64,000 nt of DNA, taken from contig JBEKOM010000003.1 of NCBI GenBank assembly GCA_049521795.1, forward strand, positions 96,001 to 160,000. Direction: 5' to 3'. A program made the translations under genes and the position numbers. The notes under the pieces were generated by a model, which was not told the DNA's origin, searched no databases, and worked only from the letters and a program-made list of their open reading frames with translations. Shown here one piece after another: positions 9,812 to 19,122 of the stretch; positions within the stretch are counted from its first letter, which is position 1, and the number at the start of each line of letters is the position of its first letter. Source of the DNA: Candidatus Bathyarchaeia archaeon (lineage in GTDB: Archaea; Thermoproteota; Bathyarchaeia; Bathyarchaeales; Bathycorpusculaceae).

Positions 9812-10267
9812 TTGAGCGCGAGATGGCGGAGAAACAAAAAAAGGTTGAGAAAATTCAACATCTTCAAAGTCTTCAACAAGGTTAAAGAAAAAAGTCCTCC
9901 TAGAACATTTCGCGTCAAGAGTTCAACTTCCAAGCGGCGCGCAGTCGCGTCCAGATACAAGGTTGAAAAAATACCTGAGGAAAAGTTGAAGGACCCCAAG
10001 CCGCTGATCGACATCGTTGAAGAAGACGAAGAGATAGCAGTTTTCGCAGAGTTCGCAGGTTTCAACAGAGAAAACCTGAGAATCAACGTTAAAAACCAGA
10101 AGCTAACCCTGTCCGCTAGGACTTCGGACCGCAAGTACCACAAAAGCTTAAATCTTCCAAAAAGAGTGATTCCCGACACTATATGCACAACGTATAAGAA
10201 TGGCGTTCTCGAAATACGATTAAAAAAGGCTGTTGAAGAGAAGACAATAAACAAAGTGGCTGGTTAA
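9812..10267 (+). CDS. Small heat-shock protein (Hsp20/alpha-crystallin) with basic N-terminus
   Basis: C-terminal alpha-crystallin domain (PLIDIVE, YHKSLNLP, TYKNGVLEIRLKK). Start assigned to TTG 9812 behind GGGAGGA. Confidence 0.85.
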   Translation: MSARWRRNKKRLRKFNIFKVFNKVKEKSPPRTFRVKSSTSKRRAVASRYKVEKIPEEKLKDPKPLIDIVEEDEEIAVFAEFAGFNRENLRINVKNQKLTLSARTSDRKYHKSLNLPKRVIPDTICTTYKNGVLEIRLKKAVEEKTINKVAG

Positions 10268-10270
10268 ACG

Positions 10271-10720
10271 ATGCCGCACAAGCTGAGAAGAACTAGAAAG
10301 AGACGGGGTTCAAGAACTCAAGGCTGGGGTAGGGTAGGTCAGCACAGGAGAACAGGATCGAAGGGCAGCCGCAACCCTGGTCGACACAAGGCGCTGTGGT
10401 CCTACATCATCAAGTACGAGCCAAATTATTATGGGAAAAACGGCTTCACATCTGCCAAGAGTCTCAGGGAAAAAGTGAACGTAATAAACGTTGGGACACT
10501 CGACGGAATGGCTGAAAAGTTCGCCGTGGAGAAGGAGGAAGGCAAGTCTTTCATCGATTTGGAAAGCCTCGGCTACACGAAGCTTCTTGGCACCGGCAAG
10601 ATAAGCAAGGCCCTCGTCGTGAAAGTGCCAGCGTTTTCAAAGTCAGCGGCTGAAAAAATAAAGTCTGCCGGCGGGCAAGTCTTGGAAGTAGAAGAAGAGA
10701 AACAGGAAACTGGAGCGTAG
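10271..10720 (+). CDS. rpl15: 50S ribosomal protein uL15
   Basis: RGSRTQGWGRVGQHR, KLLGTG, KIKSAGG. Confidence 0.97.
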   Translation: MPHKLRRTRKRRGSRTQGWGRVGQHRRTGSKGSRNPGRHKALWSYIIKYEPNYYGKNGFTSAKSLREKVNVINVGTLDGMAEKFAVEKEEGKSFIDLESLGYTKLLGTGKISKALVVKVPAFSKSAAEKIKSAGGQVLEVEEEKQETGA

Positions 10721-10730
10721 CGATTAGCCC

Positions 10731-12206
10731 ATGGTCGGTAGGTTTCTCTCGATATTCAAGCCTATTGCAAGAGTCATACCAGAAATAAAACTTCCAGAAC
10801 GCAGGGTCCGGTTCAACGAAAAAATCTTCTGGACCGGGCTTGTCCTGATAATCTTCTTAATCATGTCAGAGGTTCCTCTCTACGGAATTCAGACGAGCGC
10901 ACTGGGACAGCTTGCAGCTCTAAGGATCATTTTTGCCTCAAGCCGCGGCAGCCTCATGGAGCTTGGAATAGGCCCAATAGTGACTGCAGGGTTGATACTG
11001 CAGCTCCTCGCCGGCTCAAACATGATTGAAGCCGACATGAGCAACCCTGAAGACAGGAGCCTGTTCACAACAGCAAGCAAAGTCTTCTCCATTGCTCTCA
11101 CAGGCGTTCAAGCAGCAGCTTACATAGTCGGCGGCATGTACGGCACCCTGCCAGGAACTACGGCAGTTATCGTCTTCCTGCAATTAGTCGCGGCGGGAGT
11201 CGTTGTGCTATTAATGGATGAGCTTGTCCAGAAAGGATGGGGGTTCGGCAGCGGAATAAGCCTGTTCATCATGGCAGGCGTCGCACAGCGCATCTTCTGG
11301 CAGTCCTTCTCGCCTGCACCTGCCATCGGTCAAACGGGAGCCTACGGATTCTTCGTTCAATTAGGTGAATCCCTGTCTTCAGGTCAATCGCTATCGAACC
11401 TTTGGCTTAGACAATACGTGGACACCACGGGCAAGGTAGTCTCATCAAACCCAACGCTGCTAGGATTCATAGCCACGGTCATCGCTTTCTTGATAATAAT
11501 CTACATGGAAGGCGTCAGAGTCGAACTGCCTTTATCCTACGCTGGCTACAAGGGTTACCGCAGCAGATACCCGATAAAACTCTTGTACGTGTCGAACCTG
11601 CCAGTTATTTTCGCTTCCGCCCTTTTCGCTAACGTTTACTTCTTCTCGCAACTCTTCTGGAGCATGAACCACCAGCCGGTCCCAGGGGCAAACCCATGGC
11701 TTGACATTCTGTGTCAGTTCACGGTCGTGCAGCCTCCTACTGGGTCAACTGCGCAGCCAACGATAACGCCCTCAGGAGGCATCGTCTACTACGTGCTGGC
11801 ACCAACCAGCTTCACAAGCGTCATGCAAGACCCGTGGAAGGCCCTTGGTTATCTCGGAATTCTCATCGCCTTTTGCGTCATCTTCTCGCTCACCTGGCTT
11901 GAGGTCGGCGGTCTAGGGCCGTCTACAGTTGCACAACAGCTCGTGGATGCTGGCATGCAGATTCCGGGATACAGACGATCAGGAAAGGCCATAGAATCGA
12001 TACTCAAACGTTACATTCCGGCCGTCACTGTGCTCGGCGGAATAGCAGTCGGACTTGTCGCAGGGCTCACGGACTTCTTCGGAGTCTTCGGTTCAGGGAT
12101 CGGCATTCTGCTATCCGTAGGAATAATTTACCAGTACTACGAATCGCTGATGCAGGAAAGAGCAGCTGAAATGTATCCGGCGTTCAGGCGCATATTCGGA
12201 GAATAG
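10731..12206 (+). CDS. secY: Preprotein translocase SecY
   Basis: LMELGIGPIVTAG, WGFGSGISLFI, YPIKLLYVSNLP, IPGYRR; about 10 TM segments. Confidence 0.98.
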   Translation: MVGRFLSIFKPIARVIPEIKLPERRVRFNEKIFWTGLVLIIFLIMSEVPLYGIQTSALGQLAALRIIFASSRGSLMELGIGPIVTAGLILQLLAGSNMIEADMSNPEDRSLFTTASKVFSIALTGVQAAAYIVGGMYGTLPGTTAVIVFLQLVAAGVVVLLMDELVQKGWGFGSGISLFIMAGVAQRIFWQSFSPAPAIGQTGAYGFFVQLGESLSSGQSLSNLWLRQYVDTTGKVVSSNPTLLGFIATVIAFLIIIYMEGVRVELPLSYAGYKGYRSRYPIKLLYVSNLPVIFASALFANVYFFSQLFWSMNHQPVPGANPWLDILCQFTVVQPPTGSTAQPTITPSGGIVYYVLAPTSFTSVMQDPWKALGYLGILIAFCVIFSLTWLEVGGLGPSTVAQQLVDAGMQIPGYRRSGKAIESILKRYIPAVTVLGGIAVGLVAGLTDFFGVFGSGIGILLSVGIIYQYYESLMQERAAEMYPAFRRIFGE

Positions 12207-12209
12207 CTC

Positions 12210-12797
12210 ATGAACAGGACGATAATCGTTACTGGAATACCTGGAACTGGAAAGACCACGGTCTGCAGTTTCATCGAGAAGCTTGCAGAAAAAGCCGGCG
12301 TTGAAGTCAACGTGATAAACTATGGAACAGTCATGATGGAGATCCTTCATAAATCCGGGAGACCCATGGAAAGAGACGCGATGAGGAAGGACAGCGTAGA
12401 AACTCAACGCAAACTGCAGAGACAGGTCGCCGAGATAGTTGCTCAGAGAACAACGGCGTTCAAGGGCCTAACAGTCATCGACACGCACATGTCGATAAAG
12501 ACTCCTGAAGGATATTTTCCAGGTCTCTCGTGCAACAACCTGCCGCTGTTGAAGCCTGAAATGCTCGTGCTTGTTGAAGCCCAGCCAAGCGAAATATCTT
12601 CAAGAAGAATGAAGGACGCTGGCAGAAAAAGAGACACTTCCTTAGAGGATTCTGTTAAGGAAGAGCTCACTTTTTCACGGGCAATTGCTGGCGCGTGCGC
12701 CGTATTTATGAGTGCGCCTGTAAAAATAGTTGTAAACGCTGAGGGAAAACCTCAAGAAGCCGCGAAGGACATACTCAGGGCTATGGGAGTCGTGTAG
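12210..12797 (+). CDS. adkA: Archaeal adenylate kinase
   Basis: P-loop GIPGTGKTT, NYGTVM, IDTH, GYFPGL; follows secY. Confidence 0.95.
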   Translation: MNRTIIVTGIPGTGKTTVCSFIEKLAEKAGVEVNVINYGTVMMEILHKSGRPMERDAMRKDSVETQRKLQRQVAEIVAQRTTAFKGLTVIDTHMSIKTPEGYFPGLSCNNLPLLKPEMLVLVEAQPSEISSRRMKDAGRKRDTSLEDSVKEELTFSRAIAGACAVFMSAPVKIVVNAEGKPQEAAKDILRAMGVV

Positions 12798-12935
12798 ATG
12801 TGATGCAAGTGTTGTTGGCGGTACTTGTCCCGACATGTCTAAATATGACTAGAGGATACAGCATTACAAACGGAGCCTTTTCTGTCACGTCTTCCACATC
12901 AATAGGACAAATATGCAAAGTGGCGATATCATACT

Positions 12936-14072
12936 ATGCATGTTACTAAGGGAATGTCAGCTCTCCTAATAATCTCTGTTCTTGTCCTATCTTTATTTAT
13001 ATATTTTATTTCCATATCAAAAGTTGAAGCTGCTAGTGTCAACGAGGGAATATTACAAGACACAGCAGTAAACTATGGAAATCCAGCAACAAATTATGGA
13101 GATTCAGATCCATCAACTGGAGCTCTAGGGAACTTCACAATTACAGCCAATGGCACAGTATCTTTTTCTAGGCTTCTAATGGATCTAAACTTTTCTGGGA
13201 TAAGCCCATCATATACATTAAGTGATGTGACTTTGAACATGTATCTAGGTGCAGATAATCTAAGCACTTCTCCAGATTACTTTTACATAACTGCATATGA
13301 TTTACCATCTTCATTCAATGAAGGTACTGTTACATGGAATAGCATGCCTTCTTATAATACAAGTCTTTATTCAAACACGATCACAATTAATGATTCCACA
13401 TCTGGATGGCAGACCCTAAATATAACCAGTATGTGCTCAACCGTGTGGGCAGCAAATCCACAAATCACTGATATATACATAGTCTTAATTCCGCTTAACA
13501 GCAATGCTTCAGCTAGCTATATGGACAGTTTCTTGATTTATGGGCAAGACATTTCTAATTCATCACTAGCTCCATATGTTACTATAACATATAACATTCC
13601 GCCTATATTGAAGGAGATTCCTCAATCGACACTTTTCATACTCGGCTTAGCCTCATTGATATCGGTATTGACGACTTCTGTGAACCGTCTGCTTACAGAC
13701 CCCCAGAAGACAAAATCTGCACGAAAAGAGGTTACAGAATGGAACAAAGAACTGCGCCAGGCGCAACGCGACAAAGACAAAAAAACCGTCGAAAAACTGA
13801 TGAAAAAGCAACAGTACGTCATGTCGCTTCAAACTAAGATGATGTGGCAATCGATGAAAGTGTCACTGCTGTTTCTGGTTCCACTGCTCCTTATGTGGCA
13901 AGTTCTGGGTGGATTCTACAGCGGGCGAGCCGTAGCTTATCTTCCAGGAATCGGCGCTAATCTTCCATTACCGATTTTCAGCTATTCTCTCATCTGGTTT
14001 TATTTGCTTTGCTCACTCCTATTCGGTACAGCTTTTTCACACGTTTTTGGGTTGATTGAGGTGAGCGAGTAA
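12936..14072 (+). CDS. Fusion: signal peptide + DNRLRE-like extracellular domain + EMC3/TMCO1 (DUF106, Oxa1-superfamily) membrane protein
   Basis: C-terminal ~155 aa (TM, basic coiled coil, SMKVSLLFLVPLL, WFYLLCS) in the canonical adk-DUF106-rpl34e slot. N-terminal part has P.TNYG, E..VTWN..P, W..LNIT and P.VTITY patterns. Start could be 12954. Confidence 0.8.
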   Translation: MHVTKGMSALLIISVLVLSLFIYFISISKVEAASVNEGILQDTAVNYGNPATNYGDSDPSTGALGNFTITANGTVSFSRLLMDLNFSGISPSYTLSDVTLNMYLGADNLSTSPDYFYITAYDLPSSFNEGTVTWNSMPSYNTSLYSNTITINDSTSGWQTLNITSMCSTVWAANPQITDIYIVLIPLNSNASASYMDSFLIYGQDISNSSLAPYVTITYNIPPILKEIPQSTLFILGLASLISVLTTSVNRLLTDPQKTKSARKEVTEWNKELRQAQRDKDKKTVEKLMKKQQYVMSLQTKMMWQSMKVSLLFLVPLLLMWQVLGGFYSGRAVAYLPGIGANLPLPIFSYSLIWFYLLCSLLFGTAFSHVFGLIEVSE

Positions 14073-14073
14073 C

Positions 14074-14340
14074 ATGCCGAGACCTGCTGAGCGCACGCGG
14101 AGCAGAAAACGCACGCCCAAACCCCTACCGGGCGGAAAGACTGGCACACAGTTCAGGTATGAGATGGCTGCTCGGCCAATCTGCAGCCGCTGTGGCCGGC
14201 AGTTAGCAGGCGTTTCAAACAGCTCTCCGAAAGTCAGGAAGCTCAACCGAAGCGCAAGGAGAGTTCAGCGTGTCCACGGAGGGCAGCTCTGCCACGACTG
14301 CATCAAGAATGCTTTGAGACAGGCTGCCAGGGCCCTCTAA
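14074..14340 (+). CDS. rpl34e: 50S ribosomal protein eL34
   Basis: MPRP, PGG, CSRCG..LAGV, GGQLCHDC. Confidence 0.95.
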   Translation: MPRPAERTRSRKRTPKPLPGGKTGTQFRYEMAARPICSRCGRQLAGVSNSSPKVRKLNRSARRVQRVHGGQLCHDCIKNALRQAARAL

Positions 14341-14362
14341 GCTGCGTTTCCGAGGTAAGCAG

Positions 14363-14962
14363 ATGGCTCGGTCACAGAAGACTGAGAGAGGACACTCAGC
14401 GCACGTGACAATATGCGTAGGCGGTATGGCGGGAAGTGGAAAAAGCACGCTGGCAAAGAAAATCGCTGAGAAGTATGGGCTCAACTATTTCTCGGGTGGA
14501 GCTGCGTTGATGGCGCTGGCCGTTGAAGAGGGGTACAGGCCTGTTGAACGTGGATGGTGGGAAAGCGGAGAAGGGATGCGGTTTCTGGAAAAGAGAGGTA
14601 GAGACCCTCGGTTCGACCAGGCTGTTGACAAGAAACTCTTGCAAATAGCACAGCAGGGCAACGTGGTCTTAGACAGTTGGACCATGCCGTGGCTTCTCAA
14701 GAAGGGCTTCAAAATATGGCTTGAATCGTCAGCAAAAAAGAGGGCTGAAAGAATATCTGGAAGAGACAAGATAAGCTTCAAAGAGGCTCTTGAAGCGTTG
14801 AAACGCAAAGAGAGGCAGACAAAGGTCATCTACAAGAAAATGTATGGTTTCAATCTGGGAGACGATTATGCTCCGTTCAATTTCATTCTAGACACGGACA
14901 TCCTGAACGAGGAAGAAGTGTTTCAGATCTCGTGCATGGTTTTAGAGAGTCTGGTTCTGTGA
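14363..14962 (+). CDS. cmk: Cytidylate kinase
   Basis: GMAGSGKST P-loop, D..VDKKL, RAERISGRD; conserved position after rpl34e. Confidence 0.92.
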   Translation: MARSQKTERGHSAHVTICVGGMAGSGKSTLAKKIAEKYGLNYFSGGAALMALAVEEGYRPVERGWWESGEGMRFLEKRGRDPRFDQAVDKKLLQIAQQGNVVLDSWTMPWLLKKGFKIWLESSAKKRAERISGRDKISFKEALEALKRKERQTKVIYKKMYGFNLGDDYAPFNFILDTDILNEEEVFQISCMVLESLVL

Positions 14963-15092
14963 AAGTCATCAGAAAGAGAGACGCGGAATTCTGGCTTCAG
15001 ACAGGTAAAGGGGTTTTCTCGCGCATTAAGACTTAAGTCGCCCCGCAAAATATTTAAACAAATCAAAACTTAGAACAGCTACGATGTACTAG

Positions 15093-15218
15093 ATGGGCGA
15101 TCACGAACTGTTCCAGCTCGAAGACAATGACATCAAACAAACATCTAGAGACTTGGTGCTCGTGTGGAGACAGTTTGATCGCTTGATTGACATCGAAGCA
15201 CCTGTCGAAAAAAAATAG
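15093..15218 (+). CDS. Possible 41-aa small protein
   Basis: MGDHELFQLEDNDIKQTSRDLVLVWRQFDRLIDIEAPVEKK, downstream of a TATA-like AAAATATTTAAA (~15047-15058). No recognised motif. Confidence 0.3.
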   Translation: MGDHELFQLEDNDIKQTSRDLVLVWRQFDRLIDIEAPVEKK

Positions 15219-15249
15219 ACAGCTGATTTTCCGTCGCTGTTTGGGCCCA

Positions 15250-16332
15250 TCAATGGGATGCAAGCGGCGGTTTCTTCAGAAAAAGTCTCGCGTTCCTCCA
15301 TTGTTCTTGCGCGATCTGAAGGTTAGCGAGAACGCTTCCGTGGAGAGAATAGAAAATGTAGCACATATACGTGCATTGGCTGCACTTGCTGTATTTCCTG
15401 CGCAGGGCCTTGAGTTGCGGAGTATTCCACACTCTGGGAAGATCGAATATCGTGGTTGTCGGTTCCTGCAAGTGACACCCAGCCACCCTGCCAACGTGGT
15501 CGATAATGAAGAAGTTCTGAAGTGCACGGCACTTCCATGGTCTTTCACCGGTCAAGTAGAGGTTCTTTACTGCCTTCAACAACTTTGAGGTCATAATGAT
15601 GTTGCTGTTTTTCTTCCTCATCGCTATCAACGAGTCACACGTTTTGACCATGGCGTTCCCGTCAACGATCGTGAACTCATCATTCTTCTTCCCTATTCCG
15701 AAAAGATGGCTCTGTTCGCCCGTTGAGTCGGGTGAGTCGGCTCTTTCGGGTGAGTCGTATGAGTAAATACTGTACCACACTGGAATGTCCCTACTCGTGA
15801 AGTATCTCGTGAGATCCAAGATTTCGTAGAGGTTGAACTGAGATATTGTCGGAGCCACACCGACTGAGATGCCGTTTTTGTGAAGTTCTTCAACAGCCTG
15901 CATCGCAGTGCTCCACGCGCCTTTAACACCCCTTATGTAGTCGTTCTTCTCAGGGTTCAAGCTGTCAATCGAGATTGCAACAAAGTCTGCGTGGCGCAGG
16001 GCTTCGATTTTCTCAACGGCCATACTGCCGTTGTCGTAGACCGTTGTTATGAAGGATTCCGAGGCGTGCCTTATGATTTCGCCTATGTCGTCTCTCAGAA
16101 GAGGGTTACCGCCGGAGAGCACAAGGTCTACTACGCCAAGTTCCCGAAGGATGTTCAAGCCTTTCTTCACTTGTTCTGTCGACAGCTCTCGGGGGTCTTG
16201 CTGCTGCCAGACTGAGCATCCTCTGCAACGGAAGTTACATTTTCTGGTGAGCATCCATTGAGCATGGCGCGGTCTGTTAGGCGTGAAGCTTCGAATTGCA
16301 ATGCTGCGAGCTTTCTTAAGAGACATGACCAA
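15250..16332 (-). CDS. Radical SAM protein with C-terminal Twitch/SPASM-like cysteines
   Basis: CNFRCRGC motif, SGGNPLLR, ISIDSL, C-terminal C..G.V.GC..CSQC.YMC. Confidence 0.9.
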   Translation of the reverse strand: MVMSLKKARSIAIRSFTPNRPRHAQWMLTRKCNFRCRGCSVWQQQDPRELSTEQVKKGLNILRELGVVDLVLSGGNPLLRDDIGEIIRHASESFITTVYDNGSMAVEKIEALRHADFVAISIDSLNPEKNDYIRGVKGAWSTAMQAVEELHKNGISVGVAPTISQFNLYEILDLTRYFTSRDIPVWYSIYSYDSPERADSPDSTGEQSHLFGIGKKNDEFTIVDGNAMVKTCDSLIAMRKKNSNIIMTSKLLKAVKNLYLTGERPWKCRALQNFFIIDHVGRVAGCHLQEPTTTIFDLPRVWNTPQLKALRRKYSKCSQCTYMCYIFYSLHGSVLANLQIAQEQWRNARLFLKKPPLASH

Positions 16333-16484
16333 ACGCGCAGGCGCCTCGTCCTTCTTCCTAGTTTACACAAACCACTGTCTTTTTTGACATGAGCGAAATA
16401 TGAGGAAACCCTATATAAAGGTAGACTCCTTTGGAACACGAGTTGTTCAGCGACTTCGAGACTTCAAAATGTGATGGCCCGCTT

Positions 16485-17255
16485 ATGATTCGAACGAACT
16501 CGAACCAGGTCGACGTCGTAGTGCTCACAAAAAACAGTGAAAGAGTCCTGGAGAGATGCTTCAACTCGATTTTCGCAAACGTGCCTGTGAACCGCTTGAT
16601 AGTGGTGGATGGGTACTCAACTGATTCCACTCTGGCGATAGTTCGGAAATTCAGCGACGAACATGGCAACGTGGTGGTAATCAAGGACGGCGGCACACGG
16701 GGCAGCGCAAGAATGAGAGGAATAGGCGAAGTCAAAACTAGGTGGTTCCTGTTCGTCGACAGTGATGTCACTCTGAGCGACAACTGGTATGAAAAGGCGA
16801 AGAACTACGTGGACGATGACGTCGGCGCCGTTTGGGGAACGGAAGTATGGGCTGGGATGCGCGCTCAGAAGGTCTTGAAACTTTTCCTGATTGTCACCAG
16901 AAGAATTTTTGAAATGAGAGGCGGAACCCATGACCTCCTCGTTCGCTATGAAACGGTCAAGGACATAAGTATCCCAAAGAACCTGCATGTTCTCGAAGAC
17001 GCACTTATCAAAGAATGGATAGTCAAGAAAGGGTACAGAGTAGTTCCCACTTATGATCCTTTCTGCATACACTATAGACCCCAGTCTGTTTGGACGTTGA
17101 AAGGAAGCCAAGGCCTAGTTGTGGAGACCTTGAGATACGGCTCGCTCAAAAAGATGCCGAGCTATCTTCTTGCGTATCCGTTCTACACCGTCTACGTCGT
17201 GTACAGAAGTCTGACTCGAAAATTGAAGGGACCAAGCGAAAGGATAGAAGTGTGA
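16485..17255 (+). CDS. Glycosyltransferase family 2
   Basis: VVDGYSTDST, FVDSD DxD motif. Confidence 0.9.
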   Translation: MIRTNSNQVDVVVLTKNSERVLERCFNSIFANVPVNRLIVVDGYSTDSTLAIVRKFSDEHGNVVVIKDGGTRGSARMRGIGEVKTRWFLFVDSDVTLSDNWYEKAKNYVDDDVGAVWGTEVWAGMRAQKVLKLFLIVTRRIFEMRGGTHDLLVRYETVKDISIPKNLHVLEDALIKEWIVKKGYRVVPTYDPFCIHYRPQSVWTLKGSQGLVVETLRYGSLKKMPSYLLAYPFYTVYVVYRSLTRKLKGPSERIEV

Positions 17256-17264
17256 GATAAGGCT

Positions 17265-18080
17265 TTGGAAACGTCAGTTGTCATTCGAACGAGAGACAAG
17301 GAAAGATATTTTGATCCTCTGCTTGAAAGCCTAACCTCGCAGACGGTTCAGGCATCAGAGCTTGTTATAGTTGACAACTTCTCGAGTGAAGAAAAGAAAC
17401 AGGGCTTAAGAATCGGCCTTGCCGAGAAGGTGAGAAGCGGCTTCTGGAAAGGAAAAGTCAGCGTCAAGCTTGTCACTCTCTCAGATGATGAGTTCTCTCA
17501 TGCATACTCAACCAACGTAGGCGTAGCCGCCGCTGAGAACCAATTAGTCTGCATAACGAACGCACATTCTCTTCCGTCATCCCGACACTGGCTACAAGAG
17601 GGAACAAAGCACTTTGCAGACCGCAACGTTGCTGGTGTCAGCGGGTTTTTCATCCCTCATCAGGAAGGAACCGCTATCCGAAGGTTTGACAAGGCTGTCT
17701 ATCAGTTCACTCAAAGAGCGATCCTGCGCCAAGACTGGTGCTCCACCATAAACTGCATAATCAGAAAATCTTCATGGAGAGCTTACCCTTTTGACGAGAA
17801 CCTGCCCAAAATCATTCCTGAAACAAAAAAATATGGTCTTGAAGATTACGATTGGAGCAAAGAAATGTTGGCCCGCGGCTTCAGGATCGTAGTCGATCCA
17901 ATGTTCAACGTATATCACTCGCACGGAAGGGTTCTTAACGAAACCGCAAGAAACCTGAAAGGCTATTTCGTCTACAGGCAGATTCAACAAAAAATAGACA
18001 TGCTCAACAGGCCTCGAGTATCTTTCAGCAGGGTTTCCCAAGCGGACCCGCATGAGTCTGCCATAGAACTACTCTCTTAG
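17265..18080 (+). CDS. Glycosyltransferase family 2
   Basis: SVVIRT, VIVDNFS, N.GV..A, PFDE, EDYDW, VYHSH. Confidence 0.85.
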   Translation: METSVVIRTRDKERYFDPLLESLTSQTVQASELVIVDNFSSEEKKQGLRIGLAEKVRSGFWKGKVSVKLVTLSDDEFSHAYSTNVGVAAAENQLVCITNAHSLPSSRHWLQEGTKHFADRNVAGVSGFFIPHQEGTAIRRFDKAVYQFTQRAILRQDWCSTINCIIRKSSWRAYPFDENLPKIIPETKKYGLEDYDWSKEMLARGFRIVVDPMFNVYHSHGRVLNETARNLKGYFVYRQIQQKIDMLNRPRVSFSRVSQADPHESAIELLS

Positions 18081-18081
18081 C

Positions 18082-19092
18082 CTACCGTTTTGCAAGAGCT
18101 ACCCACAAGTGGTCGCAAATGGGCCTAGCGAGTTTTTCCTTGGCACCGTTTTTTCGTTTTATAATTCGGTCTTCTGAAGAAGGCAAGAATTCGCCAACGA
18201 CACTTGCCTCTATTCTACTTTTGATCAAGCTTTTTTTAATCTCATCTGTAGCGCCTTTTCTAGCTGCTATCAGCATGCTTCCTGAAGCAATCAGATAAAG
18301 CGGGTCAATTTCAAACGCTCCGCATATTTCTACAGTCTCTTTGGCCACGGGGATTCTCTCCTCGAAGATTCTGAAGCCTAGGTTTGACGCGTCTGCGATC
18401 TCGTGTATTCCCCCGGCTATTCCGCCCTCTGTCGGGTCATGCATAGCGTGAACACCGCCTGTCTTGAAGGCTACTGCCGCCTCTTTGGCCACGCTTATCA
18501 TGGTGAAGAATTCCCTAGCCCTCTTCAACGTTGAGGACCTGATGGTTTTCCTCAGCTTTTCCTCCCTGTCTGTCGCTAGAATGGCAGTGCCTTCTAGGCC
18601 CGCGGTTTTGGTTATCATAATCTTATCTCCTGCTTTGGCTCCCGCGGCTGTCACGTAATTTCCCTTTTCTGCCATGCCCATAGCACAGCCCACAACTATC
18701 GGGTTTGTCAGTCCCGGAGTGGATTCGCAATGTCCTCCGACGATAGCCATTCCCAAACCCTTCGTAGCCTTATCCATCTGGGAGCTGATGGTCTCAATGG
18801 TCTTTCTGTCCGCCTCTTCGGGAAGCAGAATACACGACAAGAAGAAGGCTGGATCGACACCAAATGTGGCGACATCGTTTGCGTTAACGTTGACTGCAAG
18901 CCAGCCGATTCTCTCTAGCGCTCCTGTGATCGGGTCCATAGATACTATGAGCGATTTACTTCCAACGTTTATCACGGCGCCATCGATTCCTGCCGCAGGA
19001 CCAAGCGCAACCTCATCGCGATGGACACCCAGATTCTTGAATATGACCTCTTTCAAGAGGTCAACAGGTATCTTTCCAGGTGGTAGTGTCAT
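18082..19092 (-). CDS. AIR synthase / HypE-like (PurM superfamily) protein
   Basis: DPITG, NANDVAT, IVGGHCE, MHDPTEGG, ASGSMLI. Confidence 0.88.
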   Translation of the reverse strand: MTLPPGKIPVDLLKEVIFKNLGVHRDEVALGPAAGIDGAVINVGSKSLIVSMDPITGALERIGWLAVNVNANDVATFGVDPAFFLSCILLPEEADRKTIETISSQMDKATKGLGMAIVGGHCESTPGLTNPIVVGCAMGMAEKGNYVTAAGAKAGDKIMITKTAGLEGTAILATDREEKLRKTIRSSTLKRAREFFTMISVAKEAAVAFKTGGVHAMHDPTEGGIAGGIHEIADASNLGFRIFEERIPVAKETVEICGAFEIDPLYLIASGSMLIAARKGATDEIKKSLIKSRIEASVVGEFLPSSEDRIIKRKNGAKEKLARPICDHLWVALAKR

Positions 19093-19122
19093 CTTGGGCC
19101 CTTCTAGAAAGTTGTTGCTGTT

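Noticed and set aside
2303-10254. Long antisense ORFs across the ribosomal operon (e.g. 2303-2899, 4045-4464, 9658-10254)
   Set aside because: They mirror purine-rich r-protein genes, are Phe/Ser/Leu-biased and carry no motifs.
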